Made by a program: the position numbers and the translations under genes. This document shows positions 1 through 11,192 of a stretch of DNA of 64,000 nucleotides, piece by piece. The stretch is from Octopus sinensis (Eukaryota), in contig NC_043003.1 of NCBI RefSeq assembly GCF_006345805.1, positions 70,494,001 to 70,558,000 on the forward strand, given 5' to 3'. The number at the start of each line of letters is the position of its first letter. Positions within the stretch are counted from its first letter, which is position 1. The notes under the pieces were generated by a model that ran no database searches, was not told the DNA's origin, and worked only from the letters and a program-made list of their open reading frames with translations.

Positions 1-1179
1 TTTGAATTTCTTTGAAATAGGAAATATATGTTCACTGGGTTTGTAAAAGAGAGCAAAGCTACAGGAAACCAAAAGACGAATGATCACAATAAGCAGTCAG
101 CTACCCTACCCTAGTCGTTACCACTCCCAATGTAGGATTCCTCACCATCCAGGTGACAGGCACAGCTGTAAGATGTATTACGAATCTATAGCAACTGGAA
201 GGGCGTGACCCAAATGAAATAAACATTAACAACTGTGTGACGTGAGGGCTAAGGAGAAAGGAAAGTGTCACATCTGGAGTTTGCAAATGATCACTATACT
301 GATACGTAACTGGACAGAATAAATTTTCAATCTATAAACGTCTTTGAATAACCAGTCACTCATCTGGGAAGGCCTTGAAATCAGTGTTACCATCTGGGGA
401 CTATGTGTGAGCCAGTGATGATAAAAAGGCTGAAAGGAGGTCTGCGATCAAATAACTTTACTCAACACTTAGCAACTGAATCAGTGGAGGCAAAGATGCC
501 TCTCATTTACTTGACAATTTATGCACCACATTGCAGAAATCACAATGTAAGTGTATGTGAAAGCAAACTGTTACACTGTAGTACCGTTGAATTACAAATA
601 ATGCTCATCTTTTATGCTCGGGTAACCCTACAGCTTCCAAGAGCACAACTGTATTCGTTCTTGCTTAGATAAAATGACAAAATTGTGGGTATTAAGTCGA
701 CATTGAGGGGTATTTCTAACTTGTAAGAAGATGAAATTTTATAAAAATTCGTTCATTTGTGTCTAATATCTATGGTTAAAATTTCATCAACAGGAAAAAT
801 ATATGAATTGTTATGGGGGTTATGGCCCTTATGCATAGAATATAATTTCCGAATTTCATAAAGATCCATTCAGTGCTTTTGACCTAGTTTTAGATCATAA
901 AAGATATTACTAAAATTTGGGAGTTAAGGCCCCCATTAGGGTGTTATATATATATATGTATACACACACACACCACACACACACACAAAGATAAATTGAT
1001 AGATACAACTGAATGGGCAAACAAAAATATGAGACAGCCTAGTGCTTTTTTTTGTTGATAAGACTGGTACTTATTCTATTATTTTGTTCTTGTAAAACCA
1101 GTAAGTTATGGGGATGTATATAAATGAACAGCAGTTGTGAAGCAGTGATGAGGGCGAAACACAGAGACAAAGACACACA

Positions 1180-1465
<286 letters not shown>

Positions 1466-1699
1466 ATGTAAATTTAAATTTAAAATAATAAGGGTGAAAA
1501 ATTTAATATTAATTTGATTAATATGAATTAAAAACCAGTGGTGTAGCATTTAAGGCCATAGCGGATCTTCTAGCAAAATGGATGTTCACTGTTAATGGTT
1601 CATCCCAGTTATATAATAGTTTTATTTTAATAGTTTCAGTATTAAAGTGAAAGTATCTGACATTACTAGAAATAGATATTTTTATTTCACTTTTAACAC

Positions 1700-1852
1700 G
1701 TAATACTGAAATAGTGGAGAAGATATCGCCCTAGGCAAAAAGTATTTGGACGCTAAGTGATGCAGTTGTAAAATTTGAATGACATTGGTTGTGTAGTTCT
1801 CAAGTTTTAGGGATTCACAGACAGACACACATTCTCAGTTTTATATATATAT
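1700..1852 (-). mobile_element. Truncated non-autonomous Helitron-like 5' end
   Basis: Minus strand reads ATATATAAAACTGAGAATGTGTGTCTGTCTGT...CAACCAATGTCATTCAAATTTTAC, the same style as the Helitron 5' end at 30303; no 3' hairpin-CTAG found. Confidence 0.45.
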
Positions 1853-2322
1853 ATATATATGTATGTATATATATATATGTATATATGTATATATATATAT
1901 ATATGTATATATATGATATATAATACACATTATATAAACACACATATATATAATGTAATATGCTTTATATCATATATGTGTATTGATGTATAAGAAAAAA
2001 CTATAACGCAACAAGTTAGAATGAACAGCCTGTTCACACCATCTTCTTATATTGTACATTTTGTATGAATTCAGCGTACACTAACAGATTTCCACCTGTA
2101 TATCGAGTAAAAGAGTAATCTTGTTGTATGATGGCATATGCTAGCCGATAACTGTAGAGGACCTTTGAAATGCACGTTACAAGATTATTATCTCTACATT
2201 ATATTTAATTGTATTCATATATATATATGATTTTGATTTTGATTTTTCCAGTTTCAGCTCATGAGCTGTGGCCATGCTGGGGCACCGCCATTTCATACAT
2301 ACATGCATACATACATACATAT

Positions 2323-2428
<106 letters not shown>

Positions 2429-2464
2429 GTATCTGTAAATGTAATATGTGACAATTATTCGGTA

Positions 2465-2534
2465 GCCATGATAAAACTCCGAGTTTCGGATGCCGAGGTG
2501 GAAATCCACGCCGCCATCTCTTCAGTTATCTGGC
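2465..2534 (-). ncRNA. Type I hammerhead ribozyme, intact core
   Basis: GCCA-GAUAA CUGAAGA [GAUG..GUGG AUUU CCAC..CAUCC] GAAA CUCGGAGU U UUAUC-A-UGGC: stems I, II and III all pair; GUU cleavage triplet. Confidence 0.8.
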
Positions 2535-2749
2535 CATCGGAAAAACGCTATGAAAATGACCATTAAACAAAGGGAAATTACCGTTAAGACAAAAGAGCTA
2601 TTTGTATGATCGCTAAGTGACGGGAGAGAGTAAAAGTAATAGTATTTGCGTAAGCACGCGTGTTTATACCTACACATGCGCGCCGGCACACCCACGTGCG
2701 TGCGCCTAAAAGTATACATTCATCTAAGGGTATGTACAAAGAGTCAACC

Positions 2750-3085
2750 ATGTCTATATACGCACATACCCGTATGTGCGCACACGCACACGACTATATA
2801 CGCACATACCCGCACACGCACACGCCTATATACGCACATACCCGCAACGTCTATATACGCACACACACGGACGCACGCACAAAAAAGATCATACACAAGA
2901 CAAAATAGGGTTAAAAGCAAAAATACACGAAAATGTGTAAAAACACTGAGTAAAACACGTCTATATACGCACATACTCGCATGCACGTACACACGCACAC
3001 AACTATATACGCACATACCTCCACACACGCACACATGCACACGCGCGCACAAAAGAATCCATATACACGTCTATATACGCACAGC
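2750..3085. repeat. Degenerate minisatellite, core CTATATACGCACATACCCGCACACGCACACG
   Basis: CTATATACGCACA recurs about seven times with variable spacers. Confidence 0.8.
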
Positions 3086-3323
3086 GAAAAATGCAGGGTG
3101 GAAGTTAGAATACAGAAAAAATATGTATAAAAAAATGAGCAATAAACCTACAAAGCAATATCTCTATAAATATGTAAGAAATATATGTATTAGAAATATA
3201 TGTATATATAAATTACAATAAAAATATATAAAGTATAAAGAGATAAAAAGCTTGTGTGTGGACAAAATATAGAAAGCAAATTCAATCTGTAATTTCGGGG
3301 GGACCAAAAAGGTAACAAAAATT

Positions 3324-3361
<38 letters not shown>

Positions 3362-3394
3362 TATGCATATATATATCTGAGTGCTTGTTTCTCT

Positions 3395-3580
3395 GTTTGT
3401 GTCCATCGCCATCACCGTTTGACAACCGGTGTTGGTATGATTCCGTCTCCGTAAACTAGTGGTTCGGCAAGTGAGATAGATAGAATAAGTTCCACGCTTT
3501 AAAAAAGCACTAAAAGTAGCTCTTCAAGGTGGTGCCCCAGCATGGCCGCAGTGTAATGACTGAAATAAGTAAAAGTTAAA
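3395..3580 (+). mobile_element. SINE family B, 3' module
   Basis: TTGACAACC...GGTTCGGCAA...CCAGCATGGCCGCAGT...ATGACTGAAA matches other B copies. Confidence 0.75.
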
Positions 3581-3627
3581 AGATATATACATACATACAT
3601 ACATACGTACATAAATACATACATACA

Positions 3628-3663
<36 letters not shown>

Positions 3664-3672
3664 TACACATAC

Positions 3673-3709
<37 letters not shown>

Positions 3710-4327
3710 AGAGGGTGTATGTATGCGTGTGTGTACGTGTGTGTATGTATATGCATATGAGACGGGCTGCTGAACAATTACCGTCTACCAAATTCGTTCG
3801 TCTCGCAAGGAATTGCTCAATCTGTTGCAACAGAAGACACGAAGTTGCCACGCAATAAGATCGAACCCAGAAATATGCGGTTGTAAAGCAAATTTCTTAA
3901 CCACATGGCCATGTCTGCTGCATCTCATTGTCATTAGCGTACAGTTCAATAGCGTCTCTTCAAAATCTGGAATACAACACCAAATTTCAGCTAGACTGAT
4001 CAATAGAGTTAAGTAGACTGTTTATGATATTAATTACTTTGTAATTATCAGATTGTGACCTACAAGGAAACTACATTGACACGCGTGTACATTAACATAT
4101 CTCCGTTTATACAAATATACACCTCTTCTTTCACTTCACTTGAGAAACTATTCTCCAATTAGAATGATTTCCGGAATTATGGAAATGAATTAATACAAAG
4201 TATTGATGATAATCTATAAATTATCTTCAATGATTAAGCAACAGAAAATGTCATTCAATTTCAAATATGGTTGGATCGCTCATATGTCTCACAGTCAGCA
4301 GAAATTATATTATTCTACTGATTATAT

Positions 4328-4531
4328 TCTTTTCTACTCTAAGCACAAGGCCTGAAATTTAGGGGGATGGGGCCAGTCGATTAGATCGACTCCAGTGTAC
4401 AACTGGTGCTTAATTTATCGACCCCGAAAGAATGAAAGGCAAAGTCAACCTCAGCAGAATTTGAACTTAGAACGTAAAGACAGACGAACTACCGCTAAGC
4501 ATTTCGCTTACGACTCTGCCAGTCGCTGCCT
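4328..4531 (-). mobile_element. SINE family A (tRNA-derived)
   Basis: Reverse complement of the GAGTTCAAAT B box and GGTCGACTTTGCCTTTCATCCTTTCGGGGTCGAT core. Confidence 0.85.
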
Positions 4532-4616
4532 TCAAATGCGATTATATTATATGTATAATAGTATTTCTGCTTCTAGTGCTGTCATTTTACATGCAATGTT
4601 ATGTTTGACAAAGCAA

Positions 4617-4800
4617 GGCGGCAAACTGGCAGAATCGTTGGCGCGCCGGACAAAATCATTAAGGGTCATTTCGTCCGTGTTTACGTTCTGAGTTCAAATT
4701 ACGCTTAGACTGACGCTTTCATCCTTTATGGGGTCAAAAAATAAGTAGCAGTTGAACACTGGGGTCGATGTAATCGATTTGTTCCCTCCTTCGAAACTAC
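4617..4800 (+). mobile_element. SINE family A
   Basis: GGCGGCAAACTGGCAGAATCGTT head, GAGTTCAAAT B box, core motif. Confidence 0.8.
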
Positions 4801-4835
4801 TAACTTAATTGATATAGCATACGGATAACATATCT

Positions 4836-5105
4836 GCAATGTCGGTGTGGTTAAGACGCTCGCTTTGTAACTTTGCAGCTTCGAGTTCGGTCTCGCTACA
4901 CAGCACCTTGGGCAAATGTCTTCTATTAAAGCCGCTGATCAATGACTGTCTTGTGAATGAGTTTGGTAAACGGAAACTGGAGGAAGCCAATCGTATATAC
5001 ATGCATGTATGTTTGTATGTGTGCGTGGGTGCGTGCGTGTGTGTGTGTATGTGTTTTGTGTGTGTGTGAGAGTTTGTCACCATCCCATCGCTTGACAACC
5101 GTAAG
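4836..5105 (+). mobile_element. SINE family B (head, CORE-like block, microsatellite, partial tail)
   Basis: GTGTGGTTAAG A box, CACCTTGGGCAAATGTCTTC, GGTAAACGGAAACTG. Confidence 0.75.
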
Positions 5106-5275
5106 AAATTACAATAACTACGAAAAATTGTTATATCATCCACGAAATTGGTAGATAAAAATCTGCTTCCATGTGTGTTTAAGCTCTAAATTAAAGCAGA
5201 GGTAATAACTCCCGTTGGTCAACACATTTGGATTATATAGAAAATGCAGATTGGAGTGGAGCTGGTCTTTCAATC

Positions 5276-5326
5276 CGACTGATGAAGCCAACGAACATGT
5301 TTCGTTCTCAATAAGCGTCGTCAGTG
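5276..5326. ncRNA. Two degenerate opposite-strand HHR cores sharing an ACATGT palindrome
   Basis: Plus: CGA CTGATGA...GAA CATGT T TCG; minus: CTGACGA...GAAA CATGT T. Confidence 0.4.
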
Positions 5327-5552
5327 AAGTATATTTTACTTATATCACTCATATATATAGTTCCATGGATGGCAATGTTGGTAGTTCCCTGGATAGTCCC
5401 AAGGATGCCAATGTAGGTAAATTGCATTGTAGGTCTTTAACAACGGACGTGTTTATAAGCATTACTCGATTGGTACTCGAAGCTCAAAAATGCTGCAAAT
5501 AATAGCATATAAACATTTCTTGGAGAACCCGTTTGAAACGGAAAATATCGAC

Positions 5553-5621
5553 GGCTTTACTCCAATGGTAGAACGTCTGTCATATCTATAGGAGAAGTAG
5601 GTTTGAGTCCCACAGGCAGCC
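5553..5621 (+). pseudogene. Degenerate tRNA-like sequence or SINE head
   Basis: A-box-like TACTCCAATGGTAG, B-box-like GGTTTGAGTCCC, GGCT..AGCC ends; non-canonical anticodon loop. Confidence 0.3.
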
Positions 5622-5772
5622 CTTGATCTTTTATGTTGGAAAGGATTTTTCAAGCCAATTGTTACACATAACACTAATGTGTTTCGAGAACCAATTGCAA
5701 AATATTAAAAAAAAAAAATTATTTCACATTCTCTCGAAAGCTTATAATTCTTATGACATCAACAGATATATT

Positions 5773-5850
<78 letters not shown>

Positions 5851-5880
5851 TATATATATATATATATATATATTTTATAT

Positions 5881-6966
5881 TATAATGAGGGTACTACTAA
5901 CACGCTAAGAGGGACCAATGCGGTCAAAACTACTAAAGATAAACAAAATATTCCCGAATGCAAAACGCATCATTTTAAAAAAGAATTCAGTTACATATCA
6001 CATGTGATTTCGCATTTAATGCAGAATATGCATTTCATAGTAGTACCCTCATTATAATATAAATGAATATTTTCAAAGAGGAAGAATTTACGGATTTTTC
6101 TCTTATGAGGTTTTTCACGCTGACTACTGATAATTTCTTTTAAAGATTTTATCCTCAATTGTTAATTATATATATATTTTATATTATAATGAGGGTACTA
6201 CTAACACGCTAAAAGGGACCAATGCGGTCAAAACTACTAAAGATAAACAAAATATTACCGAATGCAAAACGCATCATTTTAAAAAAGAATTCAGTTACAT
6301 ATCACATGTGATTTCGCATTTAATGCAGAATATGCATTTCATAGTAGTACCCTCATTATAATATAAATGAATATTTTCAAAGAGGAAGAATTTACGGATT
6401 TTTTTCTCTTATGAGGTTTTTCACGCTGACTACAGATAATTTCTTTTAAAGATTTTATCCTCAATTGTTAATTTATATTTTTCACTGGAATAGTTCAATA
6501 CTGAATTTTTATTCCGACTAGGCAATTGTTACCGAAATGCATTGCGAAAAAGCCCGCCATTTTCATAGATATGTAAGGATAAACATTCGTACATGCTACG
6601 ATGAATTCTACGGTGGCTATCGAGTTTGTAATGTTATGTTTTTTTCTATATCTCTTGAGTTTGTTGCACTGACGAACATGAAATGCATATTCTGCATTAA
6701 ATGCAAAATCACATGTGATATGTAACTGAATTCTTTTTTAAAATGATGTGTTTTCAAGTTTTGCATTCGGTAATATTTTGTTTATCTTTAGTAGTTTTGA
6801 CCGCATTGGTCCCTCTTAGCGTGTTGGTATCTACTAATAGTAGTACCCTCATTATAATATAAATGAATATTTTCAAAGAGGAAGAATTTACGGATTTTTT
6901 CTCTTACGAGGTTTTTCACGCTGACTACTGATAATTTCTTTTAAAGATTTTATCCTCAATTGTTAA
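5881..6966. mobile_element. Composite direct/inverted repeat element (A-B-A-B-spacer-inverted A-B)
   Basis: 5881-6170 and 6184-6475 near-identical; 6679-6826 is the reverse complement of A; B repeated at 6841-6966. Confidence 0.85.
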
Positions 6967-6967
6967 T

Positions 6968-7009
<42 letters not shown>

Positions 7010-7102
7010 ATATATATATACATACATACAACATACATACATACATACATACATACATACATCATACATACATAATACGTATATGCATGCATACATACGT
7101 AG

Positions 7103-7157
<55 letters not shown>

Positions 7158-7874
7158 ACAATACTGAACACAGATGCACAAAGTGTTTTGCTAGTTTGTG
7201 GGTAGGCTGAATTCTGAAAGTAAGGTTATACGACTAAATACTACAAGAATATTCAGTTCACCACTGTTTTGCTGCAACCAATTTACCGATCTGGTGGTGG
7301 TGGCGGTCAATAACATCGCTGATGCTATCAAAAACTGTGGTGATGGTGAGATTGGGGCGGTGGTGATGATTGAGGCGGAAGAGGGTAAGATTACCATGAC
7401 GACGACGACGACGACGATGATGATGATGGTAATGAGGAAAAACACAAAAGGAAAGAAAAGAAGTTTGTTAATTATTTCAAATGTTATCTGATCTGACTTC
7501 TAGGCATCGTTAGAACAAGAGAAATTTGCAAAGCTTTTAAGTGTAATCTTACACGCATTATTTATTATTTTTTTTTAAATACCATAGTTTTATTTCACCC
7601 TCGAACTAAAGATATGAAACTTGAAAATTTCGAATCCGTTGTATGTATCGTTCACTTAGATTTCTGTTATCGCTGTTGATAAGAGTGTGATCAAAGACTA
7701 GAAAATGATTTCACGTCTGAAAAGATCTACGGAAGAATTTGGGTGTAAATTTTAGAATTATCAAAACATTAACGCTATACGTTGGAAGAAAAAGAAAACA
7801 GATGTACTATAAGCTGATAGTTTACTTTATAACTAATATCAAGTTAAATTGAAGTTTCTTTTATAAGCAATCAT

Positions 7875-8431
7875 TTCTACTGTAGGTAAAAAGCCTGAAA
7901 TTTGGGGGCGGGGGATAATCGATTATATTAACCCCAGCGTTTTACTGGTACTTAATTTATTGACCCCGAAAGGATCAAAGGCAAAGTCGACCTCAGCGGA
8001 ATTTGAACTCAGAACGTAGCGGCAGACGAAATACCTATTTCTTTACTACCCACAAGGGGCTAAACACAGAAGGGACAAACAAAGACAGACAAACGGATTA
8101 AGTCGATTATATCGACCCCAGTGCGTAACTTGTACTTATTTAATCAACCCCGAAAGGATGAAAGGCAAAGTCGACCTCAGCGGAATTTGAACTTAGAACG
8201 GAGCGGCAGACGAAATACCTATTTCTTTACTACCCACAAGGGGCTAAACACAGAGAGGACAAATAAATGGATTAAGTCGATTATATCGAACCCACTGCGT
8301 AACTTGTACTTATTTAATCGACCCCGAAAGGATGAAAGGCAAAGTCGGAATTTGAACTCAGATCGAAGCGGCAGACAAAACACCGCTAAGCATTTCGCCC
8401 GGCGTGCTAACGATTCTACCAACTCGCCGCC
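7875..8431 (-). mobile_element. SINE family A with three tandem internal units
   Basis: One head; three GAATTTGAAC/core units at about 185 bp period. Confidence 0.9.
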
Positions 8432-8723
8432 TCTATCATATAAGTAATACCAAGCTAAAATATATTTGTAAGGGAAATGATAATGAATTCAATAGTGTCT
8501 TCATTTTTATTTTGCATTGTAAACCAGGGAACGTCCTTTGACCAAGATAACTTTTACTTTTTAATCGCTGGTAGAGACACCGTATTTCGTTTTGTAGCCA
8601 TAATATAATACCAAGTATACGGACGGTTTATAGGTCAGTGTCTCACTTTTGTGTTAGCAGTGTGTTGTTTTCATCTTTGATTAATATTTTTAATTAGTAA
8701 ATACAGTAGTGTTACACCGCTAT

Positions 8724-9048
8724 TAAAGCACTCCGCTGGTTTCGACGACGAGGGTTCCAGCTGATACGATCAACGGAAAAGCTGGCTTGTGAAATTAACG
8801 TGTAAGCGGCTGAGTACTCCACAGACATGTATACCCTTAACGTAATTCTCAGGGAGATTCAGCGTGACACAGAGTGTGACAAGTCTGGCCCTTTTGAAAT
8901 ACAGGTACAACTCATTTTTGCCAGCTGAGTGGACTGGGGCAACGTGAAATAGAGTGTTGCTCAAGGACACAACGCGTCGCCGGGAATTGAAGTCACGACG
9001 TTACGATCGTGAGCCGAATGCCCTAACCACTAAGCCCCGCGCCATCAC
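8724..9048 (-). mobile_element. SINE family C, full length with TSD
   Basis: tRNA head GGCTTAGTGGTTAGGGCATTCGGCTCACGATC; GTCCTTGAGCAA..TTTCACGTTGC..CAGTCCACTCAGCTGG central block; direct repeat ACACCGCTAT at 8714-8723 and 9049-9058. Confidence 0.9.
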
Positions 9049-9269
9049 ACACCGCTATAAGTAGTAGCTATTTAAGCAATGTAGTCGTGGCTTGTTAATG
9101 AATTGGATGAGATACTGACGAAGGGTTAATAACTCCTGAAATATGCATATACACCCATTGCCAATTTTTCTATCTTCGATCGCATTGTTTACATGGACGA
9201 ATTTGTATAAAAGTCGTAACTGCCAGTGCTAACTCAAGTATCTTTAGAGATAAACTTTTACCTTTTATT

Positions 9270-9470
9270 TATTTCGGCCAATGAACTACGACCATGCTGG
9301 GGCACCGCTTTGAGGAGTTTAGTTGCACCAATCGTTCCCAGGACTTGCGTGTTTTTCCCTTATTTAAAAAGACAGGAAAAAATCTCGTAATTATTCTATC
9401 GACCTTTTATGTCGAAGCGTTAAGTTATAGGACCGGAAACAAACTAATATCCCTTGTCAAGAGGAGGTAG
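9270..9470 (-). mobile_element. SINE family B, 3' module
   Basis: ACCATGCTGGGGCACCGC...CCCAGGACTT...TATTCTATCG. Confidence 0.65.
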
Positions 9471-9471
9471 G

Positions 9472-9531
<60 letters not shown>

Positions 9532-10007
9532 AAATATATTGTTCGTTGGAAAACTATAAATAAAAGCGTGTAAGACTCTTTGTATAGAAAAAGTGGAAGG
9601 CTACGCGTGGGGCTAGAACGCACACATTCTGTAAACATAGCAAACGTTCTACCATTGCAACAAAGCTAAGATTCCGCTGGCAAAGTTCTCGGGGTTATTG
9701 AAGACCACAAGCCACCACAGCGCAACGAGTACTGCACTAAACGATTTATGAATCACTCGCTATTTCTCACGTGCAATACTGACATAGAATCCTATAAAGA
9801 TATAGAAGAGATTTAGAGTCGATTTAGTCAGTAGTATATAACTGGTACTAATGGATTGTTGTTATTTAGCCCCGAGTCAGCCCTGATACAGAAGACCTAT
9901 GGCAAAGGCACTGCAACAATTTGCTTTCCGTCTTATCTTTAAACGTAGTGCATCGTGGACTACGTTATTCAAATTTCTCTTCATATTTTAAAAGACAGAA
10001 GAGTGTA

Positions 10008-10210
10008 ATACAGTTCTATATTTAAAGGATGAGGAATTATGTACATTATTTACGTTATTTACATTTGACAGATATTTGTCCTCATCTTCTTTGTTGTTAA
10101 CATATGCCCACAGACATATGGCGTAGTGGTTGAGAGCGAGGGCTCCTAAAACCCCAAGATTCCGAGTTCGATTCCAGGCAGTGACCTGAATAATAATAAT
10201 AATAATAATA

Positions 10211-10249
<39 letters not shown>

Positions 10250-10410
10250 AACAACATCGAAAAATACCTTAGGATTGCGAACCCAGGTTCGAAATTTCCC
10301 CATGACACCTGATGAAGGCTGGAGGGTATATCAGCCGAAATGTTGTATTAACAACAAGATGAGGACAAATATCCGTCAAATGTAAATAATGCAAATAATG
10401 CAAATAATGT
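10008..10410 (+). mobile_element. tRNA-headed, HHR-containing non-autonomous retroelement with inverted arms
   Basis: A box TGGCGTAGTGG (10119), B box GTTCGATTC (10166), (TAA)n, HHR, inverted arms 10042-10102 and 10349-10411, 11-bp direct repeat AGAAGAGTGTA at 9997-10007 and 10411-10421. Confidence 0.8.
10304..10348 (+). ncRNA. Minimal type I HHR (partly decayed)
   Basis: ACAC CTGATGA A GGCTG-gagggtatat-CAGCC GAAA TGT T GTAT. Confidence 0.65.
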
Positions 10411-10776
10411 AGAAGAGTGTAGTTTGAAGGATGTTTTGCTGTTTTTTCTAGCAGTTGAAATATCTTAGAAAGTATCTCAGTGGCATGAGATACTCAGTAT
10501 TCAGGGGTGGGATTTGAACACAGGTAGATAGATGTGACTAAACACTACTAGGTACACAGTCCGATTATCTACCAATTCTACTATCCTTCACTCTTACTTA
10601 AGTAGATATTGACTGGATATAGATTTGTAGATGCTCCCTCTGTTCCATTTTGCATCAGAGGCATTTAAGAATTAAAGATGCCTTCAAAACAGACCTAAAG
10701 TCCTCGTTCTGATCTTAAAAGTCAATAAATTGAAAGCAGACATAGCTGAGAGATAGAAAGTTCGTTTCGTATTGGT

Positions 10777-11192
10777 ACAGGCGTGGTTGTGTGGTTTAGT
10801 CCCACTGTATGGCACCTTGTCGGTGGATTCGGTAGACGGAAACGGAAAGAAGCCCATCGCACATATATATATATGTGTGTGTGTGTGTATGCGTGTGTAT
10901 CGTCATATATATATATATGAGTGTGTGTATGTGTGTGTGTATGTGTATGTATATATATCGTCGTATACACATGTGTGTGTGTGTGTGTACGTTTGTGTGT
11001 TTGTGTTTGTCCCTCCACCATCGCTTGACAACCGATGCTGGTGTCTTTACGTCCCCGAATCTTAGTGATGCGGCAAAAGAGACCGATAGAATAAGTACTA
11101 GGATTACAAAGAATAAGTCCTGGGGTCGATTTGTTCGACTAAAGAAGGTGCTCCAGCATGGCCGCAGTCAAATGACTGAAACAAGTAAAAAG
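10777..11192 (+). mobile_element. SINE family B with internal deletions
   Basis: Head, GGTAGACGGAAAC, (TA/TG)n, full 3' module. Confidence 0.85.

Noticed and set aside
1-665. Non-repetitive-looking stretch with ORFs 101-286 and 403-672
   Set aside because: No recognisable motif in any frame I translated; it may be decayed TE or exon sequence, and BLASTx is needed
666-1060. Helitron/DINE-like wording (AATTTCATAAAGATCCATTCAGTG)
   Set aside because: No diagnostic termini found; too weak to call
2145-2180. GATAACTGTAGAGG..GAAATGCA as an HHR
   Set aside because: Core mismatch and no stem II or stem I pairing
5215-5502. 95-aa ORF
   Set aside because: No recognisable domain; it overlaps HHR remnants and is probably TE-derived non-coding sequence
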